A DNA stretch of 64,000 nucleotides from Klebsormidium nitens. Its lineage: Eukaryota > Plantae > Klebsormidiophyceae. Every line of letters begins with the position of its first letter. Positions within the stretch are counted from its first letter, which is position 1. The notes under the pieces were generated by a model. The model saw nothing but the letters and a program-made list of their open reading frames with translations, searched no databases and was not told the DNA's origin. Below, piece by piece: positions 26,001-39,257 of the stretch. Made by a program: the position numbers and the translations under genes. Location of the stretch: NCBI GenBank assembly GCA_000708835.1, contig DF237093.1:1-64000 (forward strand), in the 5' to 3' direction.

Positions 26001-27680
26001 GTACGAACGTACTGGTAGGATTGTGTCGAGGAATGTGTGCAGCGGGGCTTCTGACGGCGCCCGTCCACTTCTTCACGAGCTTTTCCACGCGGCAAGGCTT
26101 CGCGAGATTCTTCGGGAATTTTTTAAGCCCCGTTTTTCTGCATAGCTTGTAGCCTGGTTCCAATACAGTCGATAGCCCTGCGCTCAGATTTGCTTGCTCC
26201 GGTCGCCTTTCGTGACACAAGCGGCGCCCGTCTGCTGACTGCAAGCGGTTAAGCTTCCCGTTCTCCCTTACTTGACAAGCCTCTCTTATCTATTTATCTA
26301 TCTCCAGGCACGCGCCCCTATTCGAGGGCATAGGCGGAGACTACAACATCCCGTTGGTGGCCACCGCGAAAACGGTTCGAGACTTCGACGAGGGGTTGAC
26401 GCGGGGTGAGGCCATGCTTCCCAAAGTTCACCGTAGCGAGTAGGATGCGCACATAGGGACAGCCAGAGCTGACCTCTGCAGCGGACCGTGGAGCAAGCAC
26501 TTGAGGCCTTGTAGCGTCCTGTTTCGGTCCGGGCAGGTCGGCAAAATGTATTCACAGCGTAGCTTTTTGTCTGCCCTGCAAGGATGGACACGCGGACCGT
26601 ATGCTTACTTGGCAACTTTCTTGTCCACAGTATGTTTCGGCTTCCCGTCCGTTGACGAGTACTACCGGCAGTCGAGCAGCATCAACAACATCCAAGACGT
26701 CGCCGTCCCGCTCATGTGTATACAGGTCAGCGGCTCGTACAGCCACGGATTTAAATGCTCGGGTTCTATGTGCAGTCTGTCTGCAAACCCAATACGCCGT
26801 GTTTTGCAATCTTATCAGAGGCTCCGATTCACGTGATAAAGCTGCCTGCTGAGCAGCTTCTGCCCTCCTCTCTAATACAGCAAGTACTTCGGTGCTCCTT
26901 TTTGTTAAGCCTTTTCTGTCGACATTACCACCTCAGCATTCACCACCGACCAGAAGAAAGGTCGCGGTTTTTGAGTACGTCGTACGTGGTAATCCAGCAA
27001 AAGGAGTTGACAGCTTTGAGAGCGGACCTGACACATTTTGATGGTCATGCAGGCCGAAGACGATCCGATTGCGCCGAACGACGGGATCCCTAGAGAGAAG
27101 ATCCAGGTACGTATCCTGCATCTCTTCCTTCTAGAAGATTAAATGTTCAGGTGGATTCAATTGCGTCCAATCAAAAGGTTTTCTAATGGCATTAAGCGTG
27201 GAGAAAGTAAAACCACCGGTTCGTCGAGCTTGACCGGGCTTTTTAAGCTCCGTCTCCAAGCCCTGCTCCTCAGGTCGTCTCGTCTGGTCCTCTGTACCGT
27301 TGAGAAGTCCAAGTTTGTCAAGTGCTGACGAACTTGAGCCAACCGAATCAAATCTGGTTGGCACTGTAAGGGTCAGAAGGTAGGCAGACAAAACAAGCGT
27401 TTCAGCCGCAATCTTCCATGTGCAGGCAAATCCGAACACCTTCTTGGTCGTTACGCCGGCCGGGGGTCACCTGGGGTGGATCGCAGGGGAAGAAGCACCT
27501 CTTGGCGCCCCCTGGACAGATCCGTTGGTCATGGACTTCTTCAAAACTTTCCTAGAGTTGCAGCCAAGCGGTCGACGGGATACCCCTATTGCAGAACAAG
27601 AAGTTGGCAAGACGCTGCAGGAGGTGAACAGCTCAGGGGAGGAGGCGCTGGAGCTCTCGCAGAGTTGGAACAAGCGGTGA
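22921..27680 (+). CDS. ABHD1/2/3 (EMB8/YheT-like) alpha/beta hydrolase with a long N-terminal extension and TM segment
   Basis: Spliced motifs NRHVETIFAAFFR, DGGTVALDW, PGLTGGSGDTYVRH, FNSRGC, VGWSLGANIL (Ser), AEDDPIAP (Asp), GGHLGW (His). Stop at 27678-27680. The start Met could alternatively be upstream. Confidence 0.9.
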
Positions 27681-28898
27681 AGTCGGTAACGGGGAAACGC
27701 GTCCGTCAAAGCTCCCCCTATGTTGACTGGGTTGCATTGTACCACACCGCATCAAAGAACCGTACGGGCCAGGAGAATCATAATCACAGAGCTTATCAAG
27801 GTCTAGTGACTCTCGTCTGATCATTGCATGAAGTCTGGTGGTCACACGGAACATACTGAAGACGCAACTTCGGACTTCGCTAGTGTTGAGGCAGCAGATG
27901 AAGCACGTCAGCTTGACCTCAGTTGAGTTTCACGACAACGTCCTAGGAGGCACAGAGATACATCTGCCACACATTTGATACAGTAGGGAACTTATTGACC
28001 AGAAGGGGATGCATGGTGGAGCGCTGATAATGGTATGCATGAGCCAGCGGAAGCGCAGTCACTAGGCCCGAATGCAGACTTCGTTGCCAACAAACCGTGT
28101 GTGCTATATGATCATCGCATAAGTCCAACTTTGTACAAGGTGCTTCAGAATTGGCCGCGCCCATGCGTTTGATATTGGATGTCTGACCGTCGGAGGCGTC
28201 TTTTATGCAGTGAAGGTTGCATGCATTCGTATCAACTCATATTGTGCATGTGCACTGAATTGTGGTCCCCAGCCGGACATGCCAGCTCTTATACGTCCAT
28301 AACCTGCTGTCACTGTATTGAGTGCAGCATTCCGCATGCATGACAATCTAGCTAGGTCACTGTATTAGTATGATGCAGCACAGGCTACAAGGCGGCAGCG
28401 CATATATATGCATCAAGTTTGACGCTGAGCATGTATACCGTACGAGTAGAGCATGAATACGTGTACAGCTTTCTCGAATTCAAGAGATGTTTACGATCGC
28501 TATGTCACTGTTCTCGTGACGTTGATCGCCCGTTACGTTTGGGTGTAAGCAATTCGACTAAGTTCCTACTGAACGCGAACCAAAAGGCTTTTTGCTCTAC
28601 TGCAAAGCATGACTGCACACATAACTCGATTTGACAAAGCTAGCAAGATGGAAGCAGTCGACTTATAGCGCCTTGAACGCCAATCTGTAACGTGTTTACG
28701 AAAGTACACTGCGATACACACAGTCTTCACGATCCGGTCTCTCGCTTCCGCCTTGTCCTGTCAGCTTGGACGGTCAAGGAATAGCTACCCGTGCAATGTG
28801 CAGCTATTGAATCTGTCCAATCGAAGTACATGTAGACGTCCTGTTCTCACCAGACCCTCGTTCCAATCTACCACTATACTACAAGCTCCGCACACAGA

Positions 28899-30053
28899 CT
28901 ACGCCACCACTTCCACTTCCTCGAACCTTTTCTCCCACTTCACTAGTTCTTTCCCTGAGCAGCCGCTGAAGACCAACTCCTTGAGCTGAGGACAGGCCGC
29001 GAAGATTCGCTCGACGTCCTCAGCGAACCTGTTACGGATCTTTTTCGCACCCAGCGCCGAAATTGGCACGCCTGCAGTGGCGCGCACTTGGATCCTCCGG
29101 AGCAAGGGGCAGTCCGACTGGGACAGAACCCAACCAAGAGACCGCGTTCCGTTGAAGCAGCCCCGCTTTTTGACGTAGGTCTTCCAGGAGATTTCCAGCA
29201 CCTCGAGGCTAGACGGCAAGGAGCGCCAATGCACGGTCAGACCCAAGAGCACGATACTGCCATTGGATTACTCCGTGGCGCAATAAGCACTCTCCCGCAA
29301 TTCTGTCACCTTTGGCGGCCAAGCGGATTGCGGGGGAGCATACACAACAGGGACACGCCGCCGAGCAAGGCTCTCCCGGTCTGAACCCAGATTCGAAACG
29401 TCCAACGTTCCCACCTGTCCGAAATCCGCAAAGCTGCCCCGTCCGTAAATGTAACCGTCGACTTTCAAGAGATTGACGTTGGGAAAGCTCTTGGCGAGTT
29501 GGAGGAGTCTGGGCCCGTGGACGTCGTAGCTGACGATGATCAGTTCCTTGAGGGTCCCTTTTGAAGCGGAGAGCACGCGCTGCCCAAAGGAGCCGTGCCA
29601 CGCGATCGGGTGATTGAACGGGGGGAGGTAGTACTCCAGGACTCGCAGGCTAGAGTGACCGGTTATGGTGCAACCGACCCACGAAACGCTGGACAGAGCT
29701 TCGAGGAGGGAGAACTTTGTGCCCCGGCTCAGAAAGTTGGGCTCTTTCATCACCAGCCTAGTTACACCGGTCCGCTTCCCAAGCTCTTCTACGAGCACTT
29801 TGCTGGGAGTCTTCTTTGCGTTGCTGCTCCCCTCCATTAATGCCCCTTGTACAGGATTTCCAATATCTTTTGAAGGCTTAATGACCAGAGTCTTGCTGCA
29901 CCTTCTGGCAGAGTCGAGGCAGCCCTTGCTGGCGCACTCCAGCGCCTGGAAGCTCTCTGTGCAGTCCTGCCTCACTTTCTCCGTAATGATGTCCAACAGC
30001 TCCGCAGGAAGGAACTCCAGGCCTTATATAGATCTGGATTTCGATGCCGCCAT
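28899..30053 (-). pseudogene. Intronless F-box/LRR-like gene with two in-frame TAA stops
   Basis: A single 385-codon frame from ATG 30053. F-box-like LEFLPAELLDII and LRR-like segments (TLKELIIVS, SFPNVNLLKVD, SLPSSLEVLEIS, CPQLKELVFSGC). Stops at 30024-30026 and 29268-29270. Confidence 0.65.
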
Positions 30054-31011
30054 GGTTGACGGAAGAGGCAGCGCTGGAAAAGGGTTCAGCAATGAAGAAG
30101 CCGTACGGTTCTGGTCTGCGCTTTTCGTGCTGGCGTAAAGCCTCTACTTGAAGTGCTAGGAATTTGCTGCAAAAGTGTGTCTGAAGCGGGCGGCAAAAAT
30201 GGTCTGCAATTCTGTCTGAGTGAGTGGAAGCGGCAAATCATTCTGAAAATCGGAGAGCCTCCCGTCTGCTCATCTTGGATGATATCGACGGTCGACCTGC
30301 GTCAACGTGGATACGCCTGATGAAGGAGATACTGGTACGCAACCTCTTACTACAACTACAACAATCAGAAGGATCGAAACCAACGTGAATTCGATTGCGT
30401 CAGCTGATGCGACATTCGAGGATCATCGAATATCAGGAGGCACGCGTGCACGGCACTGATGCCAACTGATGCCTCCTTACAGTGCAGCGTTGACTGAAAG
30501 ACGTGCCCGCGTCAACATTGAGACATTCGACGACGAGCGCCTGGTTTTAAGAACCAGCCGAGAGGTGCATGCTAGATCAGCAAGATCAAAATCTTCATAA
30601 ACGGATTTGACCACCTGTATCTATAGACTATACGGTGAGTTCGTGCCCACTTTCTTAGAAACTCCACCTCGAGGTTTCGATTAGAGGCATTCTGGCGTTG
30701 CTACTCCTCATTGACCCGAGGATCAAATCAACGTCGCCTCAACCTCAATATCCACGGACAGATTGACAGCTCTTCCTTTGATCGGCCTCTGGATTTGAAT
30801 CAATAAGAGTGTCAAGACGATGATAGATGGGAAACAATTCACCGCAATCATGTCCCGAAAATCATTTCGCACAGCGACGGGCAGCTTCAGCATACCCAGC
30901 TAGTTTTGCAGAGCCCAGCAGTACTTGCATCCTGTTGATTCGAACTTCAGGCTCCTTCATCACGCTTCTCATGTCATTGATCAAACTCTTCTCTCCTCCA
31001 GTTTTGGCGCC

Positions 31012-33450
31012 ATGAATGAAGTGGAAGCTTTGGCCCCAATTAATGCCAGGCCAGAGATCAGTGTTGTTGATCCTGCACCAAGGCCTCTTGAAGAGTCGTG
31101 TAGGAATGGAGCATCTTCATCAAAGAAAAGACCCTCAAGCGGAGCCAATTTACCAAGTAATTCAATCGAGAATGGACCCTGCGTGCTCGAGGAACGCACT
31201 TTAACATACGTGGTGCGTATCGTGCCAGATGCAGGGAACACAAGCAAGCACATCTTGGCACTGCCTTGGGCCAAAGACTGGAGCACACCTTGGTCTGTGA
31301 GACTCTGGGTAGACCAGCAAAATAGCAGTGCTTGGGTTGCCACTCTTGAATTAAACGAGCTATCTCTTGTCCCAACGTGTGATGAGGGCCCTCGGTTTTC
31401 AGAGGTGGCTCTGTGCGAACTCGCGCGAGGGCACAGCTATTCAAATTATGAGGGTGATTACGAAGCAGACTGGGACGAACTTGAAGAATGTGCAAATCAT
31501 GGGTCCAATTTGAATGCATACACGATTCACGTAAACCGAGACGAAGTTGACAAACCCGTCTGGCTTTCCGCCGATGTGGTTTTCAGGCGACAGTTCTCTA
31601 GGACTGAGTGGAACTTCTTCAGCTGCAAGGCAAAGGTCGAGCCCAAAGTCGACCTGATTACAACTGCTGGCAGGACAGGAGACCTGATCCTTGTTGGTGA
31701 GGTGAGTACCTTTAATTCAAATAAAGAGCAGTGGTTTCAAAGCTGGCAAACCAGTAAGGTTCTGTCGCAGTGTTGAAACCTCAGAGTATATAATATCCAT
31801 GACAGATAACGCTCGTTTCTGTGCTGCTACTCTTGGTTTGATGGTGGAATAGTCACCTCTACATGTGGGCTCTTCGATTTTTCTGCATAGGGAGTCTATG
31901 CATGATGAGATTCTTTTTGAGTCCTCTGCTGCTTCAATGACAGGACTCTCAGACAGAGGTTTGGCCTGAGTAAGATGCAAACACTTTAGACCCACGTCAC
32001 CTGTCTTCACACAAGCACTTGACGATTTCCTTTTTGTGAATCAGCTTAAACTGTTGACATGGAAGCCCAGCTACATGCCTGGAAAATGACCCCAAAGGAG
32101 CTCAAAAAGAGGTTTTTGATTGCAGGAGGGCGTCGAAGAGCCGGCTCACTCAGCTGTTCTCATTGACATTCCCTACTTCGAGGCAAATTCGCGAGATGAG
32201 TGGTCTGGAAAGGTGTGGAATCTTCACAACAAGCTGCGGTTAGAACTCCCGTCTCCAGCCGGACGCGAAGCACTTGGGTACTTTTTGAAGTACGTGTACG
32301 GTGACAGGCGTTCTCTGTACAAGTTTGACCCCACAGGCGCACAGCTGCTCCAGGTAAGCTTTAACGACCTGAGATACACCAAGTCAAAACTTCTAAACAA
32401 GGATTTTAGTGTCTACTTTGCGTTCCTTGCTAGTCGGGACCGGTGTTCTTTAACACTTTTGTTGCATTGGAAGGTTTCCATGGCTGATCATTCGTCGTGA
32501 TTGTATCATGGGGGTCCAAATAGGAAGCGCCTCAAGCGTATCCCAGGAAAAATCGTTAATGAAGTCATTAGGGCAGTCTATTCCGTCTTCTGGAACGAAA
32601 GCGGCGTCAAAATTGTAGATCAAAGCCTTTAACTGAGCTCGAGCTTCTTCAAGTCCGAAGACACGTTCGAAGAAGTACGCCATGCCTGTCCAGCGTCAAT
32701 GTTAGATACGTTGCTTGTGCTCAATGCCGCGTGCTGCTCCACCAAGGTACTCAAGTGGGCCGTTTGCAAGTCAGATTTGTTTGAAACCGTTTGCTTCTGG
32801 CTACGATATCAGGTTCAGCGTTGAAAGAAGCGACGATCTTTGGTTCCTTTCTGCAGGAGCTCCTTTCACTCGGGGACGCTTGCGGGGTGCCTGCCCTTTG
32901 TGCTGACGTCACCGGGCTTGTCATCGTCACGGCTACAAACGTGGATTCATGGCTAGCGTGGCTCCTCAAGGAGCACGGCGTCGATATCGGACCAATCCGC
33001 AAGCAAGTCGTACAGGTGAGGTTTGAAAGGGGCTTTATCTCGTGTCGTGTTCAATTCCGTCAGTCAGCGGATGGCCCCTTCTCATGTTGAAGGTTTTTCA
33101 ACTGCATGCCATGTTCCACCTAGAGTCCAAAAGGGCCGACTCGAAATCGAATGATTCTTGTTCATTGTTCCATACTACGGCAGGTCAGGCGAGGAGTCCA
33201 TAGAGAGAGCAAGGGCGGGTTGCTTTTACAGAGGTAGTCTTGCTGTTCAGAAAGACTTAATCTGGCTTCAAAAAACTGGAGTTCAACCACTCAAATGCCG
33301 AGTCTTCTCACATTTTTCGGCATATTCCGGCTTATATGTTTGTAGGTTATGAAGGACAAGTTGCAGAGCGGGATGTGCTGGGAAGACCTCACCGTGGAGC
33401 AACTATCGACTCTGGCGGCTCTCCAGAATTCCTTTTTGCGATCAAGCTAG
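31012..33450 (+). CDS. BTB/POZ (+BACK-like) domain protein with unrecognised N-terminal domain
   Basis: Exons at about 31012-31701, 32126-32353, 32857-33015 and 33346-33450. BTB-like REALGYFLKYVYGD ... ELLSLGDACGVPALC and BACK-like VTATNVDSWL...WEDLTVEQL. An upstream exon is possible. Confidence 0.6.
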
Positions 33451-34645
33451 CTTACCTTTCCTGTCAGAAGCAGGTACTATTGTCGCATGGGCATGATTCT
33501 GACCTAATGTGCCCAATCTGTAGATCTTAGATCTGTTTCGGTCAGCCGCTCAAAGCCAGTCAGTACTATAGCCAAAGGGTGTAGGATCTACAGATTGGAA
33601 ATAGTACGAGGGCGACTTTGAATTATGCAGCAATACGTGTGTGGCGCTTCATTCAACAGGCTCTTAGCCCATTTTGCGACCCTGCATCATGGACCGGAAC
33701 ACACAACGCATGAGAGGAGTAAAAGGCCGACCATGCTGATGATAATTCGCAAGCGAAAGGCTCCGTGTTGAATTGTGCGGGTCAGCCTCTTTCTTTGTCA
33801 TATTGTGCTGATGCGACCTGAGAAGCGGGTTCCGGTCACTGCAATGGACACGGACAACGAGCTTACAACCTACAGTGAGCCAATCAACTCTTGAGTGGCA
33901 TCACCTCAGAACGCAGATTGCCGCCGCAGCGCAAGGACTTCTACACCCTTGCAAGAGCGATCCCTCAGCAGAATGGATCATGAGCGTGCAGGTCGATGTA
34001 CGCCATGTTGCGCATGCTCACATTTGAAACTCGAGTGCATGCAGGTCTTTGTACGCCCTAGTTTACGCATGCGTGCACGTCTGAATTGAATCGACCATGA
34101 ACTACGGAACTGCAGAAAATTGCGTGAGGAAATTACGTGAGGGCGTTCAACATCATGCAGAATCACCTTTGCATGGGATCATGGGCTGTCACATGTCGAA
34201 GCCGACCGTACAAAGCCAGTCGGACAAAGGTCAATATCGTTACAAACCACAACGCCTTTTTGACCTCTTTGTTCGAATCTGAGTTTGACTGAGATCGGCG
34301 CGCGCGTGTATAACTGCCTCAACTGACGCTGGCTGGCGGCCACAGCGAAAGCACACAATTGCCGTTCCCAAAACAAACTTGCAAATTGAACCATTGCTTC
34401 GAATGTTCTGTATGTTTGAATGCTTTTGTACGGGTGTCGATCCTTGCGAGCGTCCATGAATGATCTGATCTCAACGATCTACTTCTACCATGTAATGACT
34501 GCTAACATATGAATGATCTTTCTAGTCGTCATGCAAGGACGATACTGATCTCTGTCACGGTAAACTGATCTAGCACCTTATCTTCCAACCGAAAGGCTGG
34601 ATCCAAACGAAGGAAACGCGCTAGCTATACTCGACCATCCAAGGC

Positions 34646-37006
34646 TTACTCTGAACAGAAATTTGGAAGTACAACGTCGGTCATGAATGCCATATCGAGC
34701 AGTATGCTGTGGGTCGCCCCCGGCTTGATCAACACTTCGCAACGTGGCATTACGTCCCTCATCCACGTCGCACACGTGTGTGGAACCTCATTATCTTTGT
34801 CACCATGGTAGACGATTACCGGGATGCTGACGTCTTCGTAGTGTACGTCGCTCGACCGGTACACTTCCAAAGACAACAGCATGTCGTTGGTCATGGCCTG
34901 CATAGGAGAGGAACCGCCATCAGCACTTGTACCACTATGTAGGAAAAATAATAGGGAAAGAACTTCTCAAAGCATGTCTTCGAGAAGCGGTTACTGACAA
35001 TGAACAGATTAACGCCCACCTGCTCTCAAATTTTTATGTTATGAGCAAGAGCACGAGGAGAAGAAGTCGAGAGCAACTGAAGTAAGGTTGGACCCCGTAT
35101 GGAGAGGACATGTCCTGTAAAAGAAAGTATGCTTGGTAAAATGTAAGAAGCCCAAGGATGCTATAGCAAATCTGACCGACGAACCGTCCCATAGGAACGG
35201 CGAAGATGCAGTCGAGCCACGGGCTGCCCTTGATGGCCAAAGACTGAAGAGCGTTGCCAGCGATAATTCTTGCTTTCCGCCATTTCGAGCGACGTTTTGA
35301 GAAGTTTACATGTACGCTGAGCACCCGTTGCTGACAGCTTCCCCGCAGGACGGAAGGGAATGCAATCCAAGAAACACCTTCGGTGCTCTAAAGTTCTCCC
35401 TAAGTGGGGCTTTGACAAATCGTCTCAATCCGCTGATTTTTAGAGGCCGAAAAAGCCCGCTCACCGTCTTGCCATCCTCAGCCATAGTGATTAACATGGC
35501 CTGCTTGTGTAGCTCCGCCCCTCGCGGCGAGGAGACGCACGCCCGCTCCGGGTCGCTCAGATCTCGTGTGAACTTCCGGCCGTAAGCATCTTGGAACCCG
35601 GCCTCGGCAGACCTGCCGACCATGGCGGCCATCAGGGAGCTGCCGTACGCGACGAGCCCCCCGGGAAGATGGTGCAACATCTGGAAAACAGAGACACGTC
35701 CTGAGAAGGAGACCGGTAGGAGTCCCCACCGTCAGGTGGAAGTTAGCATCGTGAACATCGGCTGACGTGGCTGTTATTGGAGACGGTTTCTATCCGGCCG
35801 GAAGATAGACCACTTGAGGACTTTGCCCATCCAATCAAGGAGGTGCTCAGAGTTCGGTGGCTAATTTTTCTATCAGTATCAGCGAATCCTCGTTTTGGTG
35901 CATGAGAAGAAAGCCGAGCACGCAAGGGAGTTAGGGAAGCCCTGAGAGGCACGATACCCGACACGTCTCAAGCTTTCTTATGTACCTTGCCGATTGCTGC
36001 GGCCCTGCATACCCAGCATCAGAATACTAGATACTGAAACACTTTCAGAATCTCGACAAAAATCAAGTCACTCGCACATGACTACTTCAAGGCTCCAGCA
36101 ATCATCTTCTTACTTCACGAGCGGCCTATCAACGACAAGCTGTCTAGTTTCCTGCTGAGATAGGGCTTCTAACGTGCCATTTGAATGCGTACCTTCAGCT
36201 TCCAACGCACGGCCGGGCAGCTGACCAGGTTCCAGGGCGCCAGGAGCACCATGCGGCCCCGCACCCGCTCCGGGGCGCGCACCGCCAAGCCAGCCGCAAA
36301 TAAGCAGCCGCACGAGTGGCCCATAAGACCGAATTTCTCGATGTTCAGCCGGTCCAGCAGCTCAAGCACACAGTCTGTCAATGGTAAAAGGCGTGTTTAA
36401 TCGCTTACATTCTTGGGCGGAAAAGAAGAGTGTGCTGCTCAAAAGCTTTCCCCCGTGCGCAGATTGTTGGATGTGAGTAGCCAGTTTGGCTGATACGGCA
36501 TTCTAAGGTCCCTACCAATGTTCGTGGATTACGAAGCTTTAAAAGGGAGAAGAAAATACGACCCTGAAAGGTGGTCCCTAAGAAGTTCAGACGACTGTAA
36601 CTGTCGACATCTCTCCAGAACGCGCTCGATAACCAGAGAACTTTTATAATCAGATCTTCAATCAGAATCAAACAAGGAATAATCTTGAGCCATTCAGAAG
36701 AGCCGAACTTGGCGTTCAGCAAGGGTCCTGATTGGAAAATCTTGCATACTTTAACCCGTTCACGAATCTACAGCTTCAAGTGCACTGGGCTCAGAAACGC
36801 CCGCAACTATTGAGTAGATTCAGTTGGTTTGCCTCACCTGCAAAATTTAGCACATTCAAATTCTCCGGGACGACCGGCGTCGTCTTGCCCCTCCCTGGTC
36901 GATCCACACAGATCAGGCGCAGGTGCAGCTTTAGCAGCCCTTCTTCCAGAAAGAGTCCATACAGCCGGTTCCCACCCATACCTGTGAACATGACAACTGG
37001 AGCGCC
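34646..37006 (-). CDS. Alpha/beta hydrolase (Abhydrolase_1-type), 5' exons not resolved
   Basis: Exons encode PVVMFTGMGGNR, LICVDRPGRGKT, LMGHSCG (nucleophile elbow), VYHGDKDNEVP (Asp), PGATHSIL (His). Stop at 34646-34648. Confidence 0.8.
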
Positions 37007-38780
37007 CTGCACCAGAAGCGACAGACGTTCGAAATATTCAATTGGGCCCCGTTACTCTTGATTCAGATTCTTTTGAAAGTGAGTTCCTTGTTTTTGAGTC
37101 TCCAAGAACCAGCATATCCAGCGGGAAAAAGCACACTTTCTGTGCAACGCCAAAACGTTGTGTAGATGAACAGGTGAGGCGAATTGACAGGGAGCAGAGC
37201 TGGGGGAGGAGAACTACGTTACGCAAAGGGCGGCGACCAGATGAGGAAGTGAACGTGTTGCGTGGACTGAGTCTCATCTTACGCTGGCTGGTCTGCAAGC
37301 GGTCATAGATAGTAAGCTGGAAGAGCTTTCCAAGAGACGACCATGCAGTTTCAGCTTTTCTTTAAGGAGATATAGCCCCTACAGCAGCATACAGGAACCC
37401 GTATCACACAACCTGGGAAAATGGGCATGGTAAAATCGGGTCCAACACATTCCTGAAGAATTACTCAGTAGACCTTGTCTGCATACAACTAAGCTTATCA
37501 AGATTACTTCAGACGAACCTGAACCAGCGGGTACGCACCAATGAATTGAGCGACAGTTGTCAAATCTCTACTGCAGTCAAGGAGATATATGTTGCTGATA
37601 TTCACAAGGTGCCTGAGGCAGTGATGGATAGGGTGGTATACGATTACACTAAGCATAGAGCGCAGGCAATGCTAATAAAATAGTAGAGGAATGGCTACGT
37701 TAGCTCCTCTATTGCCCTTCTGCAGGCTGTGTGCAGGTGTCCCTGCTTCCTCCCCATTCCAACAGATTCTGGCAGGAGGTGCATGATACTATTCAAACGT
37801 CACACCTGGGGGTCGCCAACTTCCGAGTAACTGACGATTGTGCCGCTTTTTGACAGTTGCTGCACCTGGCACATGCGGGGGGATTGGAGCAGCTTCCCAA
37901 TCTCAGCAGCCATGCCAGAACCAGACGCGCCATCGGACGCCCCCGACATTGGAGACCTCCCAGAGAACTTCTAAACGATTCAAAGCATCTGGAGAGGAAA
38001 AGCAATCAAGGGAGACTTATGGAGGCTGGCAGACTGGCAATCTTTGAAAGATACGGCTAAGTTTTGAGCTGCAAATATGGTTGTGCACATGAACAGCTTA
38101 AAGAACCGCCTGGGAATTGCACTGCCGTCGTAGCCAGCAGGTCCCTGCTAATCCAGCACTTTGACAAACTCTTGTCACAAAAGCTTGCAGCTGTGCTGGG
38201 GCCAACAGAATTGAACAACGTCGTTACTGTTTTGATGGCAACCAGCAGACCCTAAATCATTGCGCAGCACATGCGCACTGCGCCTCAGCATCGGCCTGAG
38301 TCCAGTTGCGTTGAGCAGTGTCCTCTACGCCGACGGCGACGGCGACGGCCCCAAAATCAGGTACACGTTTCTGCACTGAGCAACTCTGCGCAAGCAAGCA
38401 TGCATGATGCAGTTCAGACTTCCAGTCGTTGGTAACGGAAGAGGACTTCGAAAGCTGATGCCTCTGACGTCACAACCATCTGAATGGAAGCCTCATGGAT
38501 TGCCCGCGTCCCATACGTCAGCACACGCTGAAGGGACCCCTTTCCCGCCCCCTGGGCAGGGGTCGGGCCCCGTCGACGAAGGCAGCTGGCCGTGCATGAG
38601 CTTGCTTGCAAGTTGCACAAACCCATTTATAGGCTTTCTGTTGCATTCCTGATTCATACAATCCTCCGTCTCATCTCAAAGCGCCATTGTCACTGGCACT
38701 ACTCGTGTCTCGTCCTTTCTTTCTTCCAGTTTCAGCTCACTGTCCTGCTGCAGCTCAATTCACACCATTTTCCGCTGACC

Positions 38781-39257
38781 ATGGGCGGCAAGGCCAAGAG
38801 CTACATTCGCGAGGGGGAGCCCCACCTCAAGCCCTTCATTGTCGTGCGGGGCGCAGACAAGGCGCTGGAGTTCTACCAGAAGGCGCTCGGCGCAGAAGAG
38901 CTCCATCGGCTGCGCTCGCCCACCGGAAAGGTGGTTCATGGGGCAATCCGCATCCAGGGCTGTCTCCTCATGATTGCAGAGGAAGATGCTGAGAATGGGT
39001 TCAAGTCTCCTGAGCTCCTGGGCGGGTCAGCAGGAGGATTTGCTGTGTACTATGAGGACTGCGATGCGGCGTTCAAGAGGGCGGTGGAAGCGGGGGCAAA
39101 CGTGGTTCATGAAGTGCACGATCATTTCCATGGGGAGCGGTGCGGGACGATCCAGGACCCCTTTGGGCACCAGTGGGCGATCACGACGCTGATTGAGGAT
39201 CTGACGCCGGAGGAGGTGCAGAAAAAGATAGACGATATGATGGCACCGCCGTCGTAA
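38781..39257 (+). CDS. VOC/glyoxalase-bleomycin-resistance family protein (PhnB-like), 158 aa, intronless
   Basis: Single-exon ORF with PFIVVRGADKALEFYQKALGA, VVHGAIRI, DCDAAFKRAVEAGA and HGERCGTIQDPFGHQWAITT. Confidence 0.9.
   Translation: MGGKAKSYIREGEPHLKPFIVVRGADKALEFYQKALGAEELHRLRSPTGKVVHGAIRIQGCLLMIAEEDAENGFKSPELLGGSAGGFAVYYEDCDAAFKRAVEAGANVVHEVHDHFHGERCGTIQDPFGHQWAITTLIEDLTPEEVQKKIDDMMAPPS

Noticed and set aside
28899-30053. Non-standard genetic code (TAA = Gln, as in some ulvophyte algae) to explain in-frame TAA codons
   Set aside because: Conserved genes here contain no internal TAA/TAG, and TAA/TAG are used as true stops (VOC ends TAA; NAA40 and RPS27A end TAG). Pseudogenisation is simpler.
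1535-37006. Lipid-metabolism gene cluster (Mpo1, epoxide hydrolase, ABHD, second hydrolase)
   Set aside because: The genes are interspersed with unrelated housekeeping genes, alpha/beta hydrolases are a very large family, and no shared pathway is demonstrable from sequence.
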